64,000 bases of DNA from the human T2T-CHM13v2.0 reference genome, Homo sapiens: assembly GCF_009914755.1 (NCBI RefSeq), contig NC_060947.1; one strand, given 5' to 3'. The notes under the pieces were generated by a model. That model searched no databases. It saw only the letters and a program-made list of their open reading frames with translations, and was not told where the DNA came from. Both the position numbers and the translations under genes were made by a program. This document shows, piece by piece, positions 43,335 to 60,117 of the stretch. Every line of letters begins with the position of its first letter. Position 1 is the stretch's first letter.

Positions 43335-45310
43335 TTAATATTCGTGTCATGGGTAAACTGGAATAAAGAAAAGAAAGAGGGAAGGGCTGAAAAGCTACTC
43401 AAAGAAACAATTGGCTAAAACTTCTCAAATTTGGCAAGAGACACAACCCTGTAGATTAAATATTCCAAGAAAATCCAAAACAGGATAAACTCAAAGAAAA
43501 TGACATCAAGATACATAATAATTAAACTTTGGAGCACTAAAGAGAAGGAAAAAATTTTTGAAAGCAGCTTTAGAGAAACAATTCCTTACCTGTAAGGGAA
43601 AAACACTGTATGGCAACAGATCTCTCATCAGAAATCATACAGGCCAGAAGGAAATGGCACAAAGTTTTTCAAGTGCTGAAAGAAAAGTACTGTTAATGCA
43701 GAGTCCTATAGTTGAAAATATCCTTCAGGAGTGAAGGAGAAATCAAAATATTTTCAGATGGAGAAAAACTAAAAGAATTTGCAACAAGCAGAACTACCCA
43801 AAAACAATGTAAACAGGGAGTTTTCTAAACAGAAAAAAAATGACAAAAAAGGAACCATGGAATGTAAGGACGGGGGAAAGAACATGGTAGGCAAAAATAT
43901 GGGTAAATACAATAGCCTTTCCATCTCCTCTTGAGTTTTTAAAATTATATTTTATGGTTGAAGCAAAAATTATAACATCCTATGATGTGGTTCTAAATGT
44001 ATGTAGAGGCAATATATAAAATAACTATTATAAATGGGGTGAGTAAAAGGATTTAAAGAGAGATGTAAAGTTTCTATACTTAAACTGATAAAATGATGAC
44101 AACAGTAAACTGTTATGAGAATACACATGTGTATACATATATACACACACACATACATATATGTGTATCTCAACCAATAAAAGGTTATAAAAATATATAG
44201 AGAGAATACTACACTCCAGATAAATCAAAATGGATTTCTAAAAATAGTCCAAGTCACCCACAGGAAAGCAGGAAAAATAAAAGAGAGAGAGAAGCACAAA
44301 TCAAAGAGAAAAAAGAGAAAGCAAAAAATAAAATAGCAGACTCAGCCCCAGCACATAATAATTATATTAAGTGTAAATGATCTAAATGCACCAAATTAAA
44401 GATAGGGAGCAGCAGAGTGCATTAAAATATGACCCACCTATATACTGTTTACAAGACACTTACTTCAAATACACTATAATGACAAAGGCAGGTTGAAAAT
44501 AAAAGGATGGAAAACGATATACCATGAAGACAATAATAAAAGAAGGAGTAACTATATTAATATCAGATAATATAGATGTTAGAGCAAAGAAAGTTACCAG
44601 TGACAGACAGGCACATTATATAATGTTAAAAGGGTCAATCCACTAAGGCACAGCAATCCTACGTGTGTATGAACCAAATAAATGAGCTGCAAATTATGTG
44701 AAGAAAAATCTGACAAAACTGAAAGGAGAAATAAAGAAATCACAATAACAGTTGGCGCCTTTAACACCCTTCTCTCAATAATTGATAAAACAAGTAGACA
44801 GAGAATCAACAAGAATACAGAAAACCTCAGATACACCATCAACCAACAAGATGTAATTGACATTTATGGAACACTTCACCCCTACGACAGCATCATACAC
44901 ATTTTTTTCAGTGCCCACAGAACACATACTACGATATATCATGTCCCAAGCCATGAAAACAACCTCAACAAATTCAAAAGAATGGAAATCATACAGAACG
45001 TGTTCTCCAACAATGAATGAAACTGGAAATCAATAACAGAGAAATAGCAAGAAAATCCCCAAACACCTGGAAACAAAGGACATAATAAATGTATCAACAA
45101 GGAAGTCTCAAGAGAAATAAAAATACATTAAATAGAATGAAAACAAAAATACAAAATATCAAAACTTGTGAGACGCAGCTGAAGCAGTACTAAGAAGGAA
45201 AGGGATAGCGCTAAATACACACATTAGAAAAGAGGAAAAGCTGGATAACTCATACATTGATGATGGGAATGTGTAACGCTATAGCCACTCTGAAGACGGG
45301 TTAGAATTTT

Positions 45311-45346
45311 CTACACTTGATCTTACCCAAAAGGCTGAGAAGCGAT
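45311..45346 (-). pseudogene. RNU2: U2 snRNA 5' fragment (nt 1-36), tailless retropseudogene
   Basis: Reverse complement ATCGCTTCTCAGCCTTTTGGGTAAGATCAAGTGTAG is 34/36 identical to the U2 5' end; TSD cgggttagaattttct / cagtttagaatgttct. Confidence 0.92.
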
Positions 45347-45466
45347 CAGTTTAGAATGTTCTTAAAGAACTAAACATGCAACTGTCATATGATCTAGCAA
45401 CTGCATTCCTGAGCATTTATCTCAAAGAGATTAAGACTTGTGTTCATGCAAAAATATATACACAAA

Positions 45467-46006
45467 GGAAGACTACTCAGCCTTCAAAAAGAAGAAAATC
45501 CTGTCAATGTGTCAACATAGATGAACATGGAGGACATTATGTTAAGCGAAATAAGCCAGGCACAGAAAGGCAAATGCCACATGATCTCACTTATATGTGG
45601 AATCTGAAAAAATTGAACTCATAGAAGCAGAGAGTAGTATGACGTTTATCAGGGGCTAGTAAGGAACAAAGGAAATGGGGAAGATGTTGGTCAAAGGACA
45701 CAAAATTCTAGTTAGACGTGAGGAACAGGCCCAAGACAACTACTGCACAAAATGATGGCTATGGTTAATAATGATGTACTGTATACCCTGAAAATTGCTA
45801 AGAGGTTAGATTTTAACTTTTCTCACCACAAAACAATGGTGAGGTAATGCATATGTTAACTAGCTTGATTTTGCCATTGTACAATGTAAACATATTTCAA
45901 GATATCATACTGTACACCATAAGTTCATACCATTTTTATTTGTCAATGAAACATAAATGAATAAATAAATAAAAAGTTACTTAGACCAGAAAGCAAAACC
46001 AAAAAC
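45467..46006 (+). mobile_element. L1MA7/8-like 3' end nested in L1MD
   Basis: gaggacattatgttaagcgaaataagccaggcacagaaag...gaggtaatgcatatgttaactagcttgatt; TSD about aaa...atacacaaa on both sides. Confidence 0.88.
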
Positions 46007-47040
46007 AAAGCTGCATACACAAATGCTTATAGCAGCTTCACTGCTTTATTTGTAATAGACAAGAACTGGAAACAACACGGATGTTTTTGAATAAGTGAAT
46101 GCTGAATAAACTGTGGTACATCCATACCATGGAATACTGTTCAGCAATAAAAAGAAACAAATTATTGATCCATGGAGGAACCTGCCTGATTTTCCACAGG
46201 TCTCCAGTAATTTTTCTATGTGAAGAAAGGCAATCCAAAAAGGTTATATACTGTACATTTCTATATTTCTGAAAGTATAAATTATGGAAATGGAGAACAG
46301 ATTTGTGATTGGCAGGGCTTAAGAAGGTATTGAGGAGGGTGGAAGGAAAGTGGTTATGGCTAAAAAAAAGGGGGCAACAGGATAGTTCTTAGTGGCGATG
46401 AAAATAAATGTTCTGTGTCTCGACTGTCTCAATATGCTGGTTGTCATGCTGTGTTGTGGTTTTGAAAGATGTTACCATTGAAGGAAATTGAGTAAATGAT
46501 ACAAAGAATATCTCTGTACTACTTCTTATATTTACATATTGATCTACAATATTCTTAAAATAGTTTAATTAAAACAAACAAAAAAACAATGTAAATAAAT
46601 CAGAGTGACCTTTTAAAACATGAACAAAATGTATTATTTGTTGTGAAGCTTATAGTCTGACTTGATCTCCTGGGCAACCAGTGTAAAAAAAAGAGAAATA
46701 TAATCCACTCTATAATTTGCTTTATCAGAATGAAGGAAATATATTAAAGAGCTTATCTGAAAATGCAAGGAATTTCTTAGAACTAAATTTTAAAATAATT
46801 ATTTAGATTTTTACATTGAATCCCACCTACTACATCAAAATATTAGATCATGTACTCATACACAGAGATGATGAGTTAAGCCTGAGATGAGCTGTGGATA
46901 CTTTTGCCAATTCATGGGGTGAGTTGAGGGAAACAGAGCTAAAAGGAGAGAGGAAGATTTTGAAAACACTGATCCAGCAGTGCTGGAAATTCATCCCTGT
47001 ACTTTTAAGCTAAGTAAACTAACCACAGCCCCCCTCCCAG

Positions 47041-47389
47041 CTTTTCTTTTCTCTTTTTCTTTTCTTTTCTTTTTTCTTTTCTTTTTTTTGTTTTCTTTTT
47101 TTTTTTTGAGACAGAGTCTCGCTCTGTCACCCAGGCTGTAGCGCAGTGGTGCGATCTTGGCTCACTGCAGCCTCTCCCTCCCGGGTTCAAGTGATTCTCT
47201 CCCCTCAGCCTCCCGAGTAGCTGGGATTACAGGCACCTGCCATCATGCTCAGCTAATTTTTGTATTTTTAGTAGAGACAGGGTTTCACCGTGTTGGCCAG
47301 GCTGGTCTCGAACTCCTGACCTCAGGTGATCCACCCGCCTGGGCCTCCCAAAGTGCTGGGATTACAGGTGTGAACCACTGCGCCCGGCT
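47041..47389 (-). mobile_element. Alu SINE, AluSx, with (CTTTT)n tail
   Basis: Full reverse dimer; ctcgaactcctgacctcaggtgatccacccgcc. Confidence 0.97.
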
Positions 47390-47599
47390 GCTTTCTGTCT
47401 TATTATTTTTGAATCACTTTCTCACACTTAACAACTAAACTCATTGTGATATGTATGGAATTTCCTGTCTCATAAGGATTTAGATTAATTAAGGCATGTA
47501 AAGACTTAGAATGATATCCGATGTAGGGTAAACACACAGTAAATATTTGCTATTATAATCACAAGGTTGTTATGAGGATTAAATTGGATTTTTGTCATT

Positions 47600-47720
47600 C
47601 TTTCCTTTATTCAAATATTTATTTAGCACCTACTATGTGCCAGGAACCGTTTTAGTTCCTGGTAACAGAACAGGGAACAAAAAAGACAAAAACCCCTGCC
47701 CTCAAAAAGCTCACCTTTTG
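47600..47720 (-). mobile_element. L2 3' end
   Basis: tcaaatatttatttagcacctactatgtgccagg...gaacaaaaaagacaaaaacccctgccctc. Confidence 0.85.
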
Positions 47721-48209
47721 CGTGAATGCCCCTCTTACCTCATTACTATTTAATAACTCCTCCTTCAATACATGTAAATTAGTATTTAAATGAGTATAAA
47801 TTGCAATTTCCCACTTTGAGTTGCAAGAGATGAGGCTGCCTAGTGCAAATCAGCATTCCACTCATACTCATATATTTCCGCCACCTGCTAAACCAATATT
47901 CGTAGCATTTTCCAAATACTAACATGCTTCAATTTCTCTGGATACCCTCCACCCCAAAACCCACTATACCAAGCTTGATCCTCAAAATATATCCAGCTTG
48001 ATTCATCATTCAGCTTTATTATATGGCTATTACTCGTTAGTTATATTAGGGCTAATTATCTTACCTTGGGAGAAATAATTAAGCTTGTATAAACCTCAGA
48101 TGAAACATACTGAAACTTACATTGATATAAATCATATTCCCAATAATGTTGAAAAATTAAATGAAATGAATAAATTGTCTAGAAATTATAATTGCCAAAA
48201 TCACCCAAA

Positions 48210-48360
48210 ATAGAATGAATAAGACCTTCTATCCGATAGCACAACAGGGTGACTACAGTCAACAGTAACTTAATTGTATATTTTAACATAACTTAAAGAA
48301 TGTAATTGGATTGTTTGTAACACAAAGGATAAATGCTTGAGGGGATAGAAAAAATAAATT
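48210..48360 (+). mobile_element. L1MA2-like 3' UTR fragment within older decayed L1 sequence
   Basis: gaatgaataagacc...gatagcacaacagggtgactacagtc...cacaaaggataaatgcttgagggga followed by an A-rich tail. Confidence 0.8.
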
Positions 48361-49746
48361 AAGGAAACAAACGTGACCCAGAAAATGTACAAACACCAGT
48401 AATATTTTAAAAACTAAATTACATGGAAAAAAACAATAGCAATTTCTACTTCTTAAAAGATAATAAAGCCGGATGATTTTGCAGGCAAATCTTTACTAAA
48501 TATCCAGGAAATGTATAAGACCTATCTTATACAAAATGTTTCAAAGAAAAAAGGAGAGAAAGTTAATTAATATTTGATGCAGTTAATATAAGCTTGATAT
48601 AAATATTGAGCAAAAATATATTAATCAATAAATAACAACAAGAACAGTAAGAGAAAAAATTACCAACATACACACAAAAATCTTGTATATATTTTGGTAC
48701 CAGCAAAGAGAATTAAGCAGTGGGAAAAAAATGTCTGACTAGGTATAACAAGAAAGTGAAAACTTCTATTTACCTGAAAAGATAAACATGATGATTATGA
48801 CTTGCAGTCCCTGCAGGGGTCCCTGTTATCAAATACACTGAAGGAAGAATTTCCACTCCTGCCGACCAATGGTCTCTCTCCGGGCACTGCTGCTCACAGG
48901 AGGTTCTCCAGGCACCTCTGGGCTAAGTGTGCTTAACTTCTTGAGGTGCCGGAGCATCGCAATTATTTGAGATTTCTTCTACAAATGGACAGAATTACCC
49001 ACTTGTCACTATGTGTTACACTGTCTTCTGGGCATGAAATGTGTGGGATTTTACTATCCTAGGGTTTTATAGTCACCAGTCTATTTGGCAATAACCCTTT
49101 AGAAGTAAACTATCAAATTCAAAAATGGCTGCCCACCCCCGCCACAGCTTTGCAATTTGATTAACCCCTTCTCCCATCCCTCCATCTCTCCTAACATTAG
49201 ATTTGATAATTTTTCCAGCCTGAGTAAATCCCTCCAATGCTAGCAGCTTATTCTCCCTAATCAAAACCTCCCATTCAAACTCTGATTTCTTACCATCAAC
49301 TCCTGATCAACACCATGCTCATTGTCCTGCTTCAATTCAACCTCCTAGCAATATCACATTTTCACACTGCATCCACACACAGTGTAAAAATGTCCACAAT
49401 GCTAAAATTCTTCTTAAAAAAAAAAATCGCACAAGAAAGGAACCCAGGAGGCACTGTTGAAGGTTTCATTTGCTTGTTTGTTTGTTTGAGGCCTGGTGTT
49501 TAAAAATCTTCTGGGCCAGGTCTGAGCGTCCAATTTTTTAACAGCTTTATGGAGGTATAATTGGAAAACAAAAAAAAACCCTGCATATATTCAATGTCTA
49601 TAATTTGATGAGTTTGAAAGCTGTTTTTCCTTGAAAAAGCTATTCTTCACATTTTTGAAATTTTGAAATCAATGAATTTTTAAAGTAGCCTTTCTAACCA
49701 AATACTGCACGTTCTCACTTATAAATACAAGGTACACATTGGGTAC

Positions 49747-51025
<1,279 letters not shown>

Positions 51026-51358
51026 ATAAACATACAGAGGGTACACATGGACATAAAGATGGGAATAACAGATGGGACTACCAAGAGGTGGAGGGATGGG
51101 GTAAGGGTTGAAAAACTACCTATTGGGTACTCTGCTCACTACCTGGGTGACAGGTTTAACTGCACCCCAAACCTCAGTGTCACACAATATACACATGTAA
51201 CAAACCCATACATTAGCCCCTGGATCTAAAATAAAAGTTGAAATTGAAAATAAAAAATTAGAGTAGCCTTTCTAAAGCCTCCAATTTTAACGTTAAAACC
51301 CTCTTAAAGAGGAAATATAATGGTCTACAGTTCATGTCTTTTCAACCCCATGCCAGTT

Positions 51359-51990
51359 ATAGCAGACACTGATACTTTGTTCTCTCCATCTGTTTTTATT
51401 CTATTACTTTTTCTCAGTCTTGTTCAGTTACCTACCCTCCTCCACTGGGCCATGTGTTTTAGACACTATATTTGATCTTAGCCAAAATACTGAGAAGTGT
51501 TGCCTATGTGTTTCAGAAACTTGCCCTTAGAGATGAATCTACGGTGGTGATATCATTTTTGTTTGTTTTGGACATGGATTTGTTACATAATTTTAGTCAA
51601 TGAAATGGTGAGAGGAAGTCTTCTCAGTGGGGAAGGAGGATGAAACTTTGGGGGAGGTATTTACTTGCTTTTTAAAAAAGAAGACCGAAGAAGATCAAGG
51701 AATGTTTTTCCAGACATTGTTGAGTTTGGATGTGATTCTTGAAACTGAGGCTGCCATCTCACTGTTATGAGGGAAATTAGCCTGAAGAGCTTGAAACAGG
51801 AAGGATGGCAAACAGAAATTAGAAAAATCCAAATTCTTAAAAGGGTCACTGAGCCTCTGATTTAATCAGCCATAGAGTTGTCCCATCTCTTGTCTTTCTG
51901 GTTAGTGAAATAAAAATCTTTCCCTACTGTTTAACTCTATTTGAATTTACTTTTATACTACTTCCTATCAAAGGTAGTCAAATTGATAAA
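51359..51990 (+). mobile_element. MaLR LTR, MLT1J-like; hosts the second U2 fragment
   Basis: agcagacactg...gtcaatgaaatg...ggatgtgattcttgaaactgaggctgccatct...aggatggcaaacagaaattagaaaaatcc. Confidence 0.7.
51465..51501 (-). pseudogene. RNU2: U2 snRNA 5' fragment (nt 1 to ~37/41), tailless retropseudogene
   Basis: Reverse complement AACACTTCTCAGTATTTTGGCTAAGATCAAATATAGT is 30/37 identical to U2 with TTTTGGCTAAGATCAA intact; TSD gccatgtgttttagacact / gcctatgtgtttcagaaact. Confidence 0.82.
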
Positions 51991-53114
51991 GCAATTTCAG
52001 AAAGGAAATATTCTGCCTTTCTCTCTACATCTATGCTTGCAGATTACCGAGTGAATGGTATATGTTTAATTTCCATACAAGAATTTTGATGTAAAACATG
52101 TATTTGAGTTTTCATTTAAGTGCTTTTATTTTGCTTCAACAGTAGGAGAAAGAACAAGAACTTGAGATCCATAAAGAAAGGCATGATTAATAACCCAGCC
52201 TGATGTTGGGCTATCTCCACAAGGCAGGCCAGGGAAATTCCCTCTGGAGAGTTCAGGTTTTATCAATTCCTTTTTCAGTAACTCACTATCAAAGACAGAA
52301 TTCTTGATTAAAAAATAAAAATGGATTCTACCTTTAACAAGATCAGAGGCACTAAATAAAAATGATGCCAGGAACATCCAAAGCAAATGAACACCATTTA
52401 GATACATGGTTCACCAGAAAAATACAAATAAAGAAGAGTTCAGCATGTTTATTCCTAAGTTTTAAAAGTTATAATGGAAAATAAAACCATTAAAGTAAGA
52501 TCAAATTTGGAGCCTGCAGAACACCATCTTTTTTTCATCTTGGCTTACAACACTAAATAAAAAATGACAATTACTTTGGCCTGTGGTTATCTCAAAGACA
52601 GCCAAGTAATGTTTGAGTGGATGTAAGCTTATATATCCTCATGAATATTAATCCAAGATTTAGAGATGCTGTACTGTCTCGTGCATTTGTCTCCTCTTAA
52701 GCTGGTAGTCCATTTAATTTAATAAACTCATACCTAGTATCTACTGCAATCAAATCTAGGTACTAAACTCTTGAGGGGCAGAGAGGAGGATGGGAATGAG
52801 GAAAAGACAAAATGAGGCAACTGATGGGTTAAAAAAAAAAGCCACATCAAAGTCGTCTGCAAAACTAATTATAATGTTAGTTTCTGATGCTCTTCCATGC
52901 TGTATCTAAACAAAACATCAAAGGGCAAAGAGAAATGAGAGGATTATTTTCAGTCAGGGAAAGAGAAAAAAACTCAAAGAAAAGATATCACTTGAACTTG
53001 GGAAATATATGTAGGGTTGCAACAAGTAAAAACTGGGGTGAGGATTTCTTGTCCAAGGAAACAGCTCAAAGGTTACACTTGGGGAAAATATTCTAACTTT
53101 CACATAGCCTGTAG

Positions 53115-53279
53115 CAGTGGATCTCAATCTTGGCTGCATATTCAGATCACCAAGGAAACTTTTTAACACCTAATGCCTAATCTACACCTTGAACCACAAT
53201 TTCTGGGAAGGAAACCAGGTGTCCGGATTTTATAAAATTCTAAGTGATTCCAACCTGCAGTCAAGATCAAGATTCTCTG
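53115..53279. mobile_element. MER5A1/MER5-type hAT-Charlie MITE
   Basis: cagtggatctcaatcttggctgcatattcagatcacc...aagtgattccaacctgcagtcaagatcaagattctctg. Confidence 0.8.
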
Positions 53280-53289
53280 GACTGTAAGG

Positions 53290-53817
53290 ACCTCCCTGCT
53301 CTAGTCTCTATCCTCTCCTCTACACTTATCACCCAGCACTCCTATTGTCACCGCTATACAAACAGATGGGCATTTTTTCTGTTCCAGAATAAGCTTTTCT
53401 TTCCGTTCCTCAGAGCTTCATATACGCTGCTCCCTCTGCAAGAATGTTTTTCCTCCCAAACTCTCCTTCACTGGCTAATTCTGCTAGTCTTTTGGGACTC
53501 AGGTTTTAATTCTTCTGAAAGCATTATTAACAGTTGAATCAAAATTAGATTCTGCTGTTAAATGCCCATCATACCCCATTTAGTTCCTTCTGAGTACTTA
53601 CCACAATTTACAAATATAAATGTATCTGTGCAATTGTTGGTTCAAGGCTTTTTTGCCTCTATTAGGTTGGTGTAAAAGTAATTGCAGTTTATGCCATTAA
53701 AAGTAATGTAATATAACAACCATGAGAGTGGGGAGTATAGAGTTTCATTCACTCTTTTATCCCCTATTTCTAAAACCATGTCTAGGGGTAGTAGGTGTTG
53801 AATTAAAACTTGTGGTG
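53290..53817 (+). mobile_element. L2 3' portion, decayed
   Basis: gctgctccctctgcaagaatg...gtacttaccacaattt...gtaggtgttgaattaaaacttgtggtgaa (L2 tail). Confidence 0.6.
53662..53708. mobile_element. MADE1 (Hsmar1 MITE), one arm plus spacer
   Basis: ttaggttggtgtaaaagtaattgcagtttatgccattaaaagtaatg, preceded by TA; right TIR missing. Confidence 0.85.
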
Positions 53818-54220
53818 AAGATACTCCTCGAGAAGAGCAACTCCAAGACACATAATTGTCAGATTCACCAAAGTTGAAATGAAGGAAAAAATGTTAAGGG
53901 CAGCCAGAGAGAAAGGTCTGGTTACCCACAAAGGGAAGCCCATCAGACTAACAGCGGATCTCTCGGCAGAAATTCTACAAGCCAGAAGAGAGTAGGGGCC
54001 AATATTCAACATTCTTAAAGAAAAGAATTTTCAACCCAGAATTTCATATCCAGCCAAACTAAGCTTCATAAGTGAAGAAGAAATAAAATCCTTTACAGAC
54101 AAGCAAATGCTGAGAGATTTTGTCACCACCAGGCCTGCCCTAAAAGAGCTCCTGAAGGAAGCACTAAACATGGAAAGGAACAACCAGTACCAGCCACTGC
54201 AAAATCATGCCAAATTGTAA
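53818..54220 (+). pseudogene. L1 ORF1p C-terminal remnant
   Basis: Reads RYSSRRATPRHIIVRF...ARRE*GPIF, with a premature TAG at 53993-53995. Confidence 0.9.
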
Positions 54221-54283
54221 AGAACATCGACGCTAGGAAGAACCCGCATCAACTAATGAGCAAAATAACCAGCTAACATCATA

Positions 54284-58430
<4,147 letters not shown>

Positions 58431-59640
58431 ACAATGATAACACATGCACACAGGGAGGGGAACATCACATACTGGGGCCTGTTTTGGGGTGGGGGGAGGG
58501 GGGAGGAGAAATACCTAATGTAGACGACGGGTTGATGGGTGCAGCAAACCACCATGGTATGTGTATACCTATGTAACAAACCTGCACGTTCTGCACATGT
58601 ACCCCAGAACTTAAAGTATAATAATAATAGAAAAAGCCTACGGGAATAGTATACAGGATAGATTCAATTATAGGAGTAGGAAGAGGGAAAAGGTTGTTTT
58701 GATAAATTGTTGTCAATAACCTAAGAAATGGTAATGAGGACATAAGCAAAAAACAAACAAAAAAACAAAAAATGGGGGCTGGCATGCAGAGGGGATTCAC
58801 TGAGAGATGAGCTAAGCAATGACTAAAGGTCAGGGCTGAAGAGGAGAAAATTCTTTGATGAGTAACTGCTGCTTTCTGTGATTGGACTGATGAGGGTGGT
58901 GAGATCTGGCGGTATTGCAGAACACGGCATGATACTCATAGCTGCGAGGCTTGGTGATTTATCTCAGCTCTGAAAAATTGAAAGTGTCATACCGGTGATG
59001 TTAAAGAGTGACTCAGGTACCTGAGCAAGGCTGGACTGAGATTTCCTTGGAGGCATTTACTTATCTATCTCTTTGCAATACATAGGATTCTGAGAAAGAT
59101 ATGCCTACTGAGTGTGTGGGCTTTTCCCTCCTCTATGTTGCTGATTTACCCAAGGCAATTTCCCAATGCCATTTTCACAACAACTGAAACTCATTTGATC
59201 ATTTTTTTTTTGGTACAAAGAAATGAGGATTATTTTCATGACTGATATATATATTCAAAGAAACTACTGAAAAATGTCCTATCTGAGAAGGTTATTTGAA
59301 TACTTTTAAATGTCCTGTTCTTATACACTACAACTTCAAGGAAGCTGCTGTGAATGTGTATGGGGGAGAGAGAGGAAGAGAGAGAGCAGGGAGAATCCTG
59401 ATCACAACAACTGATTCAGGTTTTCTAGCTAGTTTGTCTGCTGTTGCTTTCCTTCCTTACCAATTGGTTTCCTCTCAAAATTATGTTTACTTAAGATAGA
59501 TTTACCTTTCCCCATAAGAAAACATTATCATTTAGTTAAGGACATTGTATATGTGTGTGCATACATTTGTGCATACATATGCATGTATGTACCTCTACAA
59601 AGAGAAATAAAGAAGATATGTCCCATATGAGTTTATAAGG

Positions 59641-60117
59641 TATAGTAGATAACATTAATAGCCCCAATTCTTTATTCCTCTCTGATTCCAGGCAGACAAT
59701 TTTCCATGTAACTTTTTAGTTTTTCCAGCTAAAGAGGTGAAGTTGATTTCCCTACTCCTGGTTTTGGAGTTAGATAATGTGACATTTTTTGGCCAATGGA
59801 ATGACAGCAGAAGTCATGTGTCTAAAATGCTAGACATGCTTGTATATGATCAGGTTTATTCTCTTGCACTTCTGCCGTTACTATAAAAAAAAAAAAAAAA
59901 AAAAAAGCTCCTGCCGATCTCAGGAGGGGAATGAAAGATATAAGGAACAGAGCTGCCCCAGCCAAATCATGACAGTCAAGCTTAGTTTAGCTCAGCCAAC
60001 TTACGGCCTACTCTCAGACATGCGAGAATGTGAGAAACAAATATTTATCGGTATATGCCACCAAGATTTTTGTAGTTGGTTGTTACAAAGCATATCGTTT
60101 TAATAGTTGACTACTCA
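59641..60117 (+). mobile_element. MaLR LTR, MLT1H-like, with an internal A22 tract
   Basis: ttggccaatggaatgacagcagaagt...ctcttgcacttctgcc...gaacagagctgccccagcc...gttggttgttacaaagca. Confidence 0.8.
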
